64,000 nt of DNA from Schmidtea polychroa (Eukaryota). A model generated the notes under the pieces. The model was not told the DNA's origin and did not search any database. It was given only the letters and a program-made list of their open reading frames with translations. Each line of letters opens with the position of its first letter. The stretch's first letter is position 1. A program made the position numbers and the translations under genes. This document shows, in pieces, positions 1 through 13,559 of the stretch. The DNA lies in assembly GCA_044892525.1 (NCBI GenBank), contig CM097885.1:51834001-51898000 (forward strand), read 5' to 3'.

Positions 1-5
1 AGGAG

Positions 6-353
6 TGTTAGCTGTATTAACATATTGTCGACCGATCGGGGATATCTCCCTGTTTTACAGTGTAAAGCAATATAGCAATAGTATGGCTGGTTTTCAAGAT
101 ATATGTAATATATGATAATGCCCATAATATTTGATAATGCCCTCTTTCGCTCAAAATAAATTATCACTACAATTTTTAATATAATAGAACATAATTACAC
201 CAAAAAATTAATTAATACGAGAATAAAATATAAAAATTAAAAATATGCGAGAAGAAAAATACACATTATAGCTCATACCGAGTCGCAATTCGTTCGGTGA
301 GTAATGTGTTAAGAATTCTATAATAATGCTAGTAACTAGCGGCCCGCTTAACA
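6..353 (+). mobile_element. Candidate LTR of a Ty3/Gypsy element
   Basis: Begins TGTTAGC and ends GCTTAACA (TG...CA with a short terminal inverted repeat), contains AATAAA, and lies just upstream of gag-pol remnants. No second copy or canonical PBS was seen. Confidence 0.4.
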
Positions 354-539
354 ATTTAAAAATTGATGTACTGTAAAAATACAAAAAAACTTTGTTTGTT
401 TGTTTATAAACTTTTGTCAGTTTAGTGATGATATTTAAACTGTTATTTTGTTTAAATATTCGGATGTTATATTAAATAAATTATTTGGAAATAGCGTATT
501 AGATTTAATGCATATTAATGGAAATGTTACTGGCAACCA

Positions 540-2740
540 CACTGAGATCACAGCACTGGTGAGAATACAGCAAAGTCAGAAATTTGTGGAATCTTTGCGA
601 AAGAATATTCAAGATTCAAGATTCAATTTATCCAGTGATTAAGAAGTTTTTTGGAGGAAAAGAAGAAAATGTAAAGGACTGGCTTGTATCTATTGAAGAA
701 TTTTTGATGATAAATTCGCTTAATTTAGAAGAAGCGTTTGATTTGTTATTGCATGGAGACACAAAATAGTTATGGATGGCCTTTAAAGAAATAAAAAAGA
801 CTTTGGCCTCAGATCAAGAGGTAAAATGTTGGTTTATTTTAAAATATGTAAAATTCAAAGGTTTTTTGCAAAATATCGAGGACATAAGTATGATAAAGCA
901 GAGATCGGACGAAAGGTTTAAAAATTTTGTAATCAGAGTAAGGAAATTAGTGGGCGAAGTTCTTTCCGAAAATCAAACGGAAGACATGATTGTCAAGGAT
1001 ATTGTAACATGACGTATGTATTCAGAAAAAGTTAAGGATGCAAATGCAATGAACCAAGAAGTATCTCTTACAGAAATAGAGAAATTGAATGTAAATTTTG
1101 AAAATATTTTACATAGATAAGACAACAGAGAGGTATTTGCATTGGCATATGATAGGAAACAATCGTCTTATGTATCGGTAACAAGAAATAAAATTCTAGT
1201 AAGGCAGAATGTTCAACCAGTGATTAAGCCATCAGTTCCAGAGACTAACCGGTATGTCAGTAAAAAAGAAATTACGACAATTATGACAATAGACAATCTG
1301 GTACTGAAAAAAGGCGAAGTTCAGAAAGTTTATTGGTTAATGAAACCCAATAGGTTCATGGTTTCTTTCAAACATATTGCAAGACGAGTTTACGACAAAG
1401 CGAAAGGATTACTGGAACCAGAATTGTGACCCTTACAACCCGGTCAATATTACAGTTGTAATTAATCAGATAATATTCAAAACAATTGTCTTTTAAACAA
1501 GTGTTGTTTAATATGTGGTAAAAATGATCATTTTTTTAATAACTGAATTCTATTAAGAAGTAATAATACAAGAAGAATTCACTATATTTCAAGAAGAAAA
1601 TAATTTATGAAATCTGACTTATTCGTGTCAAGACCTTGAGAATGATGTCACGTCAGAATCTGAAGTAAATGAAATAGGATCGATTACATGAGGGCATAGG
1701 AAAAATGGCAAAGACCGGTCTTTAAACAAGATACGCTCCATGGCAAACATTTCGACTGTGGAGTCGTTTGAATTAAATGTGAAGAACACAGGAAACCGAA
1801 ATGTTATGATTTTCAAGAATTCCGATCGAAGAGGTGGTGGAGTTTTGTTCAATGTTGTGGAATAGTGATTGAGATTTTGTAGGATACAGGTGCGTCGGTT
1901 ACGGTAATGTCAGAGGCCATATGAAGGAAGTGTGGAGATACAGTTTTAAAATCGTTAGATATGGCGCTCAGAGGGGCGTTTGTAAATAAGCCGATATCAT
2001 GCATAGGTTACTTTACGACTTCGATTGTTTGGAATGAATTTTGTCAGAAAGTGAAGGTAATTGTGGTTAGGGATATAAGTGCAAATTTTCTGCGTGGAAT
2101 GAATTTGATTTTATCTTTTAAAATAAAACTTGTGCCAGATACATCAATTGCATTAATAGGTTCATATACGGTTGAAATTAGTTATAGTGATACCACACGA
2201 TGTTAAAAAGCACTGGGTGTTTTTGGACCAAATTCAGACTCAAAACTAGGGGAGTTAGTGACTATGTATAATACGATCTTCATGGCATCAGATTTTTATC
2301 TAGGTTGTACTAGTTTGGTTACACATACTGTAAAAACGTTTGGAAATCCAATAAGTCGAAATTATAGGCGTATTGCAATGCAGATGGAATCAAAAGTAGA
2401 CGATATGATTATGAAATTATCGAAAATGGACATTATCAGGAAATGCCAAAGCCCATGGAACTCACCTACGGATCAATCAGGATGTGTCAAAATTTTAGGA
2501 AGGTTAATGAAGTTACTGAAAAATTCAGTTTTCCAATGGCGGATTTCCAAACAATATTCAATTCTTTGTCCGGATCTTTAGTATTTTCGTCTCTCGACAT
2601 GGAGCAGGCATACTATCAGGTATGAAGCATCTCAGTTAAAAACAATGTTTTTTACAAAGAAAGTACAGTTTTGCTACAATCAAACGCCATTTTGATTATC
2701 CACAGCTCCAGCAACTTATGCACATATTATTTGATGATAT
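540..2740 (+). pseudogene. Degenerate Ty3/Gypsy gag-protease-RT remnant
   Basis: Gag-like FGGKEENVKDWL (584-769) and zinc-knuckle-like C..CGK.DH near 1505-1530. Aspartic protease motif L*DTGASVTV at ~1877-1905. RT N-terminal motifs SPWNSP, IRMCQNFRKVNEVT, FSSLDMEQAYYQV and TPF*LSTAPATY. Many stops and frameshifts. Confidence 0.85.
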
Positions 2741-3095
2741 TGTTAGGTTCTGATCAGGTGGATTTGATTTGTCCTAACACAAATTATATCTGACTCCAAA
2801 GATATAAATACGAAATAGGTGCGTGTAATTATAAATAATTGAATATGAATTAAACAAGTATAAGAGCTTTATTAATTATGCACAAATATACAAATGTAAG
2901 TAAATATGTGTCCCAAAAATGCCGCTGAAATACTATAAGGAAAGAATATCGGTTATACAAACCGTCCTCAGATAAAAGTGACAAATGCTGGATCTAATTG
3001 CTCACAGCACTGTATTTAAAGTTTGGAACAAGTAGGCGGGATTTCCCGAAGTTTGCGCGATCGACTAGATCAAGTTTGATCTAGCGTTACCTATA
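2741..3095. mobile_element. Possible solo-LTR-like segment truncating the RT
   Basis: Starts TGTTAGG exactly where RT similarity stops, has higher GC, and carries minus-strand AATAAA and TATA-like signals. The right boundary is unclear. Confidence 0.25.
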
Positions 3096-3657
3096 TTAAA
3101 CCCTCTGAAAAATTTAATTTCCAACGAGTGAGACAGACAGAAATGATGCTTTTCGTGGCTGAGTTGTGCAATTATTTTTATTTTAAATCAAATATTCAAA
3201 TAACCTCACGGTTAAGAATATTGGTCGGTTTCACTTTTCTTTGATGAATTTCCTAAGAAGCTTTATAGCTTTTAATTTCTCTTCGGGTTTGATATTTTAT
3301 TCTAACCAAATTGCTTGAACAAATGTTTCTGACTAAATGAATTTGTTTCTGGCTTTTAAAGTAAATTTCTGTGGCAGTGACTGGTTAGTTGCCTTGATAA
3401 ATGCTGCTACTTTCTCTGTAGTGATAAATTGCACCAACTGGTTGAATAGTATTTTTCTGTAAATTGATGTTTAATCGTTATCGATTTTGTCAGCACAGAT
3501 CAAAATTTATTTCTACCTGTTTTTTCAAGTTCATCTTTATTTATACTAATTTGCTAATTGTAATTAATGATTATAGTAATGTTAATTACAATAAATTCTT
3601 TGTTCAAATTAATTGTATGTCTCTATATTTATAAATTACAAAGCTTGTACTGTTTAT

Positions 3658-3923
<266 letters not shown>

Positions 3924-4761
3924 GTTCACCCGGTTTATTTAGATTTTCTAAGTATCAACTTGCAGAAAATAAATTTCTGAAAGGATTCATCAAAAATTAT
4001 TATGAAAAATATTGACGAAAACAAAATATTTGTATTTTTAAAAAGTTTAAAGATTATTATTATTATTTATGCAACACGAATTCACAATTAGATAGGTGGA
4101 AAGAAGAAATGATAAATATTTAATATGAATAAAAGGAAACAAATTTCAACATTTTTTAATAAATAATTTATATATACTTTATTTATTTGATAATAATTTC
4201 GATAAAATCAATAATAAAAATTGAAAAAATGTCAGAAAAGAATTTTCAAAAACAAGAGCTAAATTGCGAAAAAGGAAATAAGATATACAAAAGTCAATTA
4301 AAAATTAATTAAGATTTGGCGTTTTTAATAATATTCCAAATTTTGGATATTGTTTGATTTATAGACTATGTTAATTTCTTGAAATAAGTTTTCAACAAAT
4401 ATATATTCTTGTTTTCCTTGGGATTCCTGTGTTTGACAGGTTGGCTTCATCACAAACATTGAACTGATGGGTATTTGTATATATTGAATGAAATATTTTC
4501 AATAATTTATCATTTCCAATAAAATTCGGAATTTCATTAATAATATTTTTTACTTTTTAATGAGATTAAAGAAATACAATTATAAACTAAATTAAAATTC
4601 CAAAATCTCAAAAACTTAATAAATTTTTCTTCAGCTACAATTAAATCATGTGTCGATCTAAATATTAATTAAATTAAAATATTCACTAAAAAAGATGTAG
4701 AACTTTTCTTTATTAATTTATCTAAAAATATTTATAAATTTTATATGATATATGTGAAAAC

Positions 4762-4762
<1 letters not shown>

Positions 4763-4812
<50 letters not shown>
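4763..4812 (+). repeat. (AAT)n microsatellite (left flank of the ribozyme element)
   Basis: Seen directly. Confidence 0.98.
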
Positions 4813-4814
<2 letters not shown>

Positions 4815-4879
4815 GTATGCAATAGAGTTGAATCAACAATATTGTATACTTACCTGGCGCGAAGAGAAATCTTCGTGTC

Positions 4880-4932
4880 TCCCGCATAGTACTGATGAGA
4901 GCCAAAAGCTCGAAACTAGTCTACTATTGGGA
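4880..4932 (+). ncRNA. Minimal type I hammerhead ribozyme, copy 1
   Basis: TCCC-GC-ATAGTA [CTGATGA] GAGC-CAAAA-GCTC [GAAA] CTA GTC TACTAT-T-GGGA. The conserved core, stem I and stem II all pair, helix III is the palindromic ACTAGT, and the GUC cleavage triplet is at 4919-4921. Confidence 0.9.
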
Positions 4933-5257
4933 TTTGCACTGGGTATCACAAAGCTTGTACTGTTTATTTTATTCAAGTGAGACATCCGACAAAAATATTT
5001 TACACCATTACTTTGAAAGTCAAAATGCTAAAGGTAATCGGATGCACTTGTAAACAGTTTCTGTGTATCGACTAATTTTTTAGTCCGCAGAGGTGATTAT
5101 GATTTTTCATACGCCATGTTTACAAGTTTACAGATTTTTTTCTGTGACCAAGCTATTTTTCAAGCGATGTGATTTCCAGTGTACCGGGGAAAGTATGCAA
5201 TAGAGTTGAATCAACAATATTGTATACTTACCTGGCGCGAAGAGAAATCTTCGTGTC

Positions 5258-5310
5258 TCCCGCATAGTACTGATGAGAGCCAAAAGCTCGAAACTAGTCT
5301 ACTATTGGGA
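5258..5310 (+). ncRNA. Minimal type I hammerhead ribozyme, copy 2
   Basis: Identical to copy 1, with GUC at 5297-5299. Confidence 0.9.
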
Positions 5311-5346
5311 TTTGCACTGGGTATCACAAAGCTTGTACTGTTTATT

Positions 5347-5460
<114 letters not shown>

Positions 5461-6740
5461 ACTATATATTAAAAGAAAATTGAAATATATTTTTAAAATT
5501 TTTATTAACATGATAGTTATGATTTATAGAATTAATTAAATAGTATTTTTATTATAATTATTGAGTCTCCCATTAAATAATTTGCTTTTATTTATCACTT
5601 TCTTAATTAATTTTTTTTTATGTTTTTATCATCTTCTAAGTTTCCAATAACCTTATACTTTATGTTCTATTTTCCCCCAATTATTTTATTTAATTAATTT
5701 ATTATTTATAATTTATTGTCTTTAAACAACCCTAACATAATATTTGTATTTGTTCATATTCAATAAGAAAATATAATTATAACAATCCGTTTTCTTTCAA
5801 TATTATTTTTTTATAATGTTAATATTTTTATAATCCAAATCTCACAACATGAAATTTTTCACATGAAAATTCATTAAAATAAACGTTTTCAATTGAATCC
5901 GATATTAATAGCAACAGGCAAAATCTTAATTTTTGATCACGAAATCAAACAAAATGCATCGAGATATCGTCTCATCGACAGACATTTGATTTCCGAAATT
6001 TTGCATTCGATATCAAAATAACTATTTAATCATAAAATATTATTCTGTATTTTTTTCAACGAACGCAGAAGAAAATATCATTGAATCTATGCAAACAATT
6101 ATTTTTGTTAATATAAAATTTGTTAATATTTTTTCAACAATTTTAACATATTTATTTCATATCGTTGCCAGAAATTGAGTCTACTTTGTATATTATGTCG
6201 AGACAAGATAATATGTAAAACTTTGACAAATTTAATATGCACTTTAAATGAGACTCTTTGCATAAGGAAAAAGTAAGATAGCTTGTCAATCTACTTTTCA
6301 TGTCCTTTTGACTTGTATGAATACCATTGTTGCTTTTATGTTATAAAATTTTAAATATTTTATTAAAATCCATTAAATTTATTTATTTTTATTAACAGTT
6401 AATTTTTTAACTTTTTAAAAATGTTTGTAGATTTGTCAATATATTTATAAAATAAATAAATTGAATTTTTATCGACTAATTTCTGTTAAAGGGAAGTAAT
6501 AAATTCGTTTTATTATGAGATTCCGGTTAGAAATAAATAAAAAATATTACAAAATATTAAATTATGTTTTTAAAAAAGTATTTTTATTTATTTATTAAAT
6601 AATTTTTACATATAATATAACAAAACTTTGTTGAACATTATTATAGTTAAGGTTCTCAGAATCTCAACCTGATGGTTCATATATAAATAAGAGCACAAAC
6701 ACTGGTTCAAAAAACTTTAATAAATAATAAAATTTATGTA

Positions 6741-6856
6741 CAGGTAACCCTTCTACAACGCGGTTTTGTTACAACGCGATTCCTAAAATGAGGAAATTTT
6801 CCTACAACGCGGCATTTTTTAGGAACCTATCTACCGCGTTGTAGGAGGGTTACCTG
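6741..6856. mobile_element. Tc1/mariner (pogo/Tigger-type) MITE, 116 bp
   Basis: 24-bp TIRs CAGGTAACCCTTCTACAACGCGGT / ACCGCGTTGTAGGAGGGTTACCTG (one mismatch). TA on both sides (6739-40, 6857-58). Internal TACAACGCG repeats. Confidence 0.9.
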
Positions 6857-8653
6857 TACATAAAATAAAATCACCTTTCATAAAAATTATACAATAGTTT
6901 TGTTTATTTGTTTTAGTGTGTTCCAACTTGCTACTATTTCAACACGATTATATAATTTTGAATGCTCAAAATTATATTGCAATATCAATTACTGAATTTG
7001 CAACTCTTCTTAGCTTACAGTGTTTGGATGATTTGATTAATGAAAACTGTGGTTTATATAGTTATTTTTTGTAGATCTCCATATCAAGTGGCGAGGATTT
7101 TCATATATCAGTAATGTTTGTTTTTATTATTATTATTATTAATTATGTTTTTTCTTTGCACCTGAAGTGCACTTTATACTTTCACAGATTTAGATTATTG
7201 TTACTATAGCACATAATGTGCTTTTCTGTAAAATCAAATTAACTACATTATTTTTATTAGTAGTTCCGAGACATACTTATATTGTATTTATTAAAAATCT
7301 TGACTATGAATCAGTAAATATATCGATGTTTTTGATATTCACGAATTGTCGACATTGCCTTATTCAAGTGAATTTTAATAAATACAATGTGAATTGAAAG
7401 AAAATCTGTAGAGACATATAATTAACTTGAACAAATAATTTATTGTTATTAACATTGTCGAAGAACTTGAACATCACTAGAAATATCATTGTGAATACGA
7501 TGAAGGTTTCTGTTTCCTGTATTTCTGAGATATTTGATCCATTGATTTTGACTCGATTTGATGATTCTTCAACTTCTTCAACTTGTTCGACTTCAGTGAC
7601 AACTTCAGTTACTTCGTTAGACATGTTTGAATTTGATGATTTTTTAAATTGAATTTGAAGATTATTTTCGTAAAAAGTGAAAGTAAAAGATTATTAAAAC
7701 AATTGTTTTTAATTATTAATTTTAATTTAATTAATTTAATAATATATTTTTAGTTCAATTATTAAATTAATAAAAGTGCTAATCAGAGGCATTACAAATC
7801 AGTGGTGAAATTGTAAATAAAGTTCTTATAATACATAAATATATATGTGGAGTGTTTATTTTAATTTATGCTGCTATCAAAAAACCCACAAATAAATGCA
7901 ATGTGTATGTAAAATGCCAACAAGAAGCCTAATATGAAAAATAATGACATATCAAAATATAATCAGTTACCAAAAATAAATCAATAGAAATAAAATATAT
8001 AATATTGTCATTGCAGCTATCAGAATAATGGAATAGTCATAATCGATATAATAACACAAATATATAGGTTACTAGATCACTTGAACTAATCCATATATTG
8101 TCATGAAATCATGATCCAAGTCACGAATTTCTTTCCACAGTTCATCATCACTCCCTGTCTGAATATGTATATTTACCCTATATTTATCCTTCCCCACTAA
8201 ATAATATTTCAATCTCAAAAATCTTTAGTATTCGCCAATCTTCTAACATTATGTTGAAAATGAAATATACGTAACAAAATAACAACAGCAAATTACATTA
8301 CTTTTTTAATTCTGGTTTGACCGAACATATGGCTGAAAAAGGAAATAACTATCTGCCTAGTTGTGTAAACGTATTAAGTCACAAATCATTTTTCTTAGCT
8401 CAGCAACTTTGCCCTTACTCTTCTTCAACAAAAAATCTGAATTATTTCAATCAAAATACCTTTCGACACATCATTCCGAAAATGTGTTTGCTGAGAAACT
8501 ATCAAAGTTTGCCGCCACATATAATCTATATAATATATAATGATGGAGTACGAAGGAATTATTAAATCAAAAATTTAATATGACTACCCATTTACCATAA
8601 CATACAAACTTTTCTTATATAATAATTTTTTTATATAATAAATCAGTTGTATT

Positions 8654-9300
8654 TAAGGTGACCAGATTTTTAGATGGACAAAGCGGGAAAACTTTGAAGG
8701 AAGGGGGTATCAACAAAAATTTTCATATAGAATAAAAATAATATGGTAATATTTTTTGATTTTTAACATAACTACAATTTATAAATATAAAAAATTGTAT
8801 AATATTTTATTCCTTGACATATTTTTTATTTGAGTGAATTTGTCTCAGTAGATTGTTGTCATTTTTTACAATATTGTAAAACTCTTCACAAGAATTTGTG
8901 AAATTATATTTGACACTTAAAATGGCTTTCAAAATTTCAACACTTAATTTTGATGTTTCTGATGTCCACGCTTGATTTACTGTAGAGAAAACGCGTATAA
9001 ATATAAATAAATTACTTACCTTAATTTTCTATGGTAAGTAGCAGATTTATAATATTAATTTGTTTAATTAGCTTCCTAGCACGCAGTACGAACTCGAAGT
9101 GTATCATCTGAGAAACAAATACAATGTAACTGGGTAAGAAAAGCAATATGTTAGTCTTAGTAGTCCGTAGGATTCTTAGAATGCAAAACAATGATTTTCA
9201 TAAATAAAAAATTTAACTTAATTCTAAAAGTCGGGACTTTGAAAAAACGTTGCGGGACGCGGGATAAATCGTGAAAAATCGGGACTGTCTGGTCACCTTA
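8654..9300 (-). mobile_element. Internally deleted hAT element (Blackjack-type TIR)
   Basis: TIRs TAAGGTGACCAGA / TCTGGTCACCTTA, degenerate 8-bp TSD GTTGTATT/GTAATATT, and subterminal CGGGA repeats. The minus strand at ~8810-8995 encodes a hAT C-terminus (RVFSTVNQAWTSETSKLSVEILKAIL...CEEFY). Confidence 0.85.
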
Positions 9301-12300
9301 GTAATATTACTAAGGTGACCAGAAAATTGCATTTCGATTGCCCTACTGATTATATTATTTTTTACAACATTGGTATTTCGAATATGGATGATAATATTTA
9401 ATCTAATTTTATTATCACGAAAGCACGTTTAGTTTTAATAATTAAAATTATTTTCAATGATAAAAAAGTAAATTACAATTTCGTGAATAACTACTCGCTA
9501 CAGAATCTTACAGTAGTTAAAACAAAAAACTTGTTGTGTGGCAGCAATAATAAAGGTAATAAAAAAAACTAAATCATTTTAGTCATTTAAAATAAATATT
9601 CAAAGAAATAGCTGATCAAAATCTTGTTTGAAACGTAACGATTTGGAAAATTTAAACAATAATAATGGATTTTATCAAAATTCAAATTGTATTCATATAA
9701 ACATTAAAACAAATGAATTATAATGTAAAATTAATAGAGTATTTAAAATTAAAATTCTAAATTTTACGATGGGACAATTACCCTAATGAAAGTAGACAGT
9801 TCAATGCTATCATATATCAGAAAAGATATCGTGTGTTTTTGTCAATTTTGTAAATGAAGAAAATTTTACTTTTGTAATTGTATAATGTGATTTTCAAAGT
9901 TTAATTTGAATTTGTTTTTATTTTATCTTATAAGCACAGTTTGCAATAATTTCTTTTCAATAATAATAATTAATATTTGTTATAATTGTTTTAATATAAA
10001 TATTTTTGTCAATGACAATAAACTTTGTGATTATATTTATCAGAGATTATAGCATTAAACTCTTCACTCATAATTCCACAATTTATTTCAGTACAAGTTG
10101 TAAATAAAATTTATTATTATTAAAACAATATTTTGTTTGGCAATTACTAATTATTTAATATTATTGACAATAAAATTTTAAACATTCAAAAAGCTTTAAA
10201 TGTTTGTTTTATATTTAAAAACTAAAATAATTTTTTAAAATGATATAATTTTAAAATAATTTTAAACATTTATGATTTTCAAATTTTCTCACAATATTCA
10301 TTTTCGATCAACGGAACAATAAAAGATCAGAATGCGGTCGTTTTCCGCCAATTTTATTTTTTTTCAAACTTCATTTAAATCTTCAAACTTGAATGTTTTA
10401 AGTTGAGTGCGAGGGAAAGATTTGGGTAACTTGAGTAAATGGGTTCAAAGGTGAAATATTTGTATTGATACGTTTTGAATTGTTTGTGTTTATATTATAT
10501 GAACATTGTGTAGGGTTAGTCGTTAAAATTATCTGGGTTACCTTGACAGCAACTCTACAAGGTGCCGTCATCTTTCACAGCCAAAACCCACATAAAAATA
10601 TATTGTCTGGCCAAGATGTACCAGTAAATACCCAATTAATGAGGATCATGTTTGAATTACGTAAGCGGTTAGAAACTCAACTATGAGCTATGTTAGACTG
10701 ATTTCCTCAAATTTTACTTCGCCCATAGAAGACATTCCTAAGGTCTGATGGCCTTGATCTTTTGTCTGTTTATATTTGTTGACACGGAATCTAAAGTTTA
10801 CTCATAAATTATTTCTAGTTACGTTAGATTTTCAGTTAAAATAATTTTTGTTTCAGTTCAATTTCAGTTAAACTCGAAAATATTAAGTGCACGAAAACTA
10901 AAGGTTACTAGTTTTATTTAGTTTATCTCGTTCCTAATTCTCCATAGGTCGTCAGCTGTGCAATTGATTGTAAGCAAATCATCTAAATAAATTGGGAGCT
11001 GCTTATCTACTTTATGTGAGCTCACTACCCTTTCATTTTACGTTTTCTTTTTTTTCTTATTCAGATAACTACGACTTTGAGCCTTTACTAGTAATTTCCG
11101 TTTTAATGGTCTGCAGGTATAATCTCGATAGGAATCCGACGTTGGAGTTTCCTCTCGTTATATATTCAGCGTAAGGAAATACTATATTTCTTAAACTTTC
11201 TATTATGAGATAACCTCTTACTCTAATGTGCTTATTTGAATAAAACATCAATATAATTTGATTTAGATCATATTTAATTACAGTAAAATTGACCTGCATA
11301 AAAAGAACAGAAACATAAAAATAATTTCTATGGAAACAATCGGCGTTGATTGAATGACCTCGATATGCAATATACGATGCAATGTATATACAAAAATGAT
11401 TCAAACTATTTTGGCTCTACTTCAAGCTTCTTTCCTGCTAATTTTTTGGCTGTCGGGTAGAATTAATTTGACAACTCGGTGGGAGGACCAAACTTCGGAT
11501 CTTGTATAATCAACTGGAGGCGGTGCAGATTGTGTAATTTTCTCTGATTTAAATGGATCATTATGTTGAGGATACATAAATAATAAAATTCAATATTTAT
11601 TAAATGAATAAATGATCAGAGGGGAATGTATGAAATGGAATATGTGTTGTTTCAGAATTATGAGAAACAAAAAGTGAGAAAACGAAATTGAAAATAAGAG
11701 AAAAATAACAGAGTCAATAAAATTTAAACAATGAAATTCGACAAGATCGTTCTTAATTAACAAAAAGATACAAAGTGAAGAAAGAAAAACAAAAATAAAA
11801 TCAAAATCAGATTTGCATATCTCGATGGCCTGCACGAAGCTATTGGAGAACCTATTTAAACAAATTTAAGGTCTCGAGTAAATACAAGTTAAATCTAATA
11901 AAGTAACCAAATCGGATATACCGATCATCAAAAGCAGAAACAGTAGTCAAGTGGTTGTGAATTCCATGTTGTTTTGTAAACGTGATAATTCCTCCCGAAG
12001 GGTTGCAATAAGCACCCGAGCCTTTTTTGTAATATTATTAATGCTGATGGAAATTGGTAATCAATTGCGTTAATAATTAAAAGTTTATATTGTCTGGAAT
12101 TCAAGACTCATTTGAAATCGGATCAGTAATTGTTAATTTCAAATTTCAAACCCTATCTGATTAATTAGTTAAGGGTTCAGAATTCTTTGATCTATAACTT
12201 CAAAAGAAATTTACTTGTGTGATATTTTGTTCAAATGGTGAGCGGGCTGTTGTGGACTTTTTACCAAAGATCATAAACTCAACCTGTCTGGATAGATACA

Positions 12301-13084
12301 AAATTTCAATTTGGAAAATAAGGGAAGAAATTCGTCAAACGTAGATGATGATGATAATTTATCTGGTAACAATAACATCAAGAATACCAGAAATAAAAAT
12401 ATTAGTCATTACTCACAAAGAAGTTTCGAGGATAATTTATTTATTGAGTGCATTTCTAACAATTTACGCCATGGTTTTTCTAATTTATTAAACGGACATT
12501 TAAATTATCCAAGTTATATATAAATGCTATAAATTGATCCCCACAATAAACGGATGGTTCGGCAAAGATCTATTTGTTGAAATGTCTAAAGGGTCGATTA
12601 CTGATAATAGCATCCCAATTCGAAGGGCGTATGATCACTAAATGAGTGATATTAAATAAGACATCAAAAAGAATGTTCCTTTGATTTCGACATTGAAAAG
12701 ATAAAACAGAAAGATTTAGAAGAGCATCAAAGAGAAAATCATTTTTGATCTTGAATATGACACTAAATTTGGAAACAGATTTTCTTCGGTCTTATTCAAG
12801 CCTGGATTTGAATTTTTTACTTCATTTCATGAGTTATCAAACTACGTTTATGCTTTTTATGGTGACTATATCTATTCAGGTTAAGACTAGGTAAGTAAAT
12901 GCAGTTGTTGAATTTTCATTTGAAATTTCAACTGTGATCTTGACCAAATTTATTGTTTGTCCATTATTTTTTTACTATCATGTGTTTAAAATGTGTTTAG
13001 ATTAATCGAAAATTAGAATGGTTTGGGAAATCCAGGGGTGCAAGTGTTCCTCCTTGCCCTCATCCCTTACGGACGCCCATGATG

Positions 13085-13305
13085 ATTATTATTATTAGTA
13101 TAAAGTGATAATTTCTTGGTAGCGGCATTTATTAATAAAAACAATAAAGTGATAATATAAGCCTTTTGCTGCGAATAATGTATTTAATAAAAAGATTTTC
13201 TACTATAAGATAGTCCTTGTCAATCTCCAAGGACCATCTTATAGTCGAAAAATTTTTCATTAAATACATTATTAGCAGCAAAAGGCTTATATTATCACTC
13301 TATTG

Positions 13306-13315
<10 letters not shown>
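13085..13315. mobile_element. Inverted-repeat (hairpin) element next to (ATT)n, Penelope pseudo-LTR-like
   Basis: ~13134-13219 and ~13228-13313 are near-perfect inverted repeats. A diverged single copy of the same sequence lies at ~21815-21960. Confidence 0.55.
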
Positions 13316-13366
<51 letters not shown>

Positions 13367-13385
13367 CATTATCATCATTATTACT
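13306..13385 (+). repeat. (ATT)n microsatellite
   Basis: Seen directly. Confidence 0.97.
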
Positions 13386-13559
13386 AATAATTTAATAGTA
13401 TTATTCACTTGAAATATATTCACAAAAATTTGAATTCAAAAATTAGAAAAATTTTTCATAAAAAATTAATTAACATTTAAAATTTTTATAAATTTGCATT
13501 AAAAACTTTTTCATAAAAATTGCATTAAAAATTTCATTATATTACATTATTTCTCAGAT

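Noticed and set aside
4846..5010. Bona fide U1 snRNA gene
   Set aside because: Only the 5' 13 nt match. The stem-loop I GAUCACGAAG loop, the Sm site and the terminal stem are not seen.
7270..7345. Diverged inverted match to ~18435-18510
   Set aside because: Short, 11 kb apart and without a TSD. More likely two copies of a dispersed repeat than the TIRs of one element.
10450..12900. Possible degenerate non-LTR retrotransposon
   Set aside because: Higher complexity and faint endonuclease-like words (PSGGIITF on the minus strand), but no diagnostic RT motif could be read.
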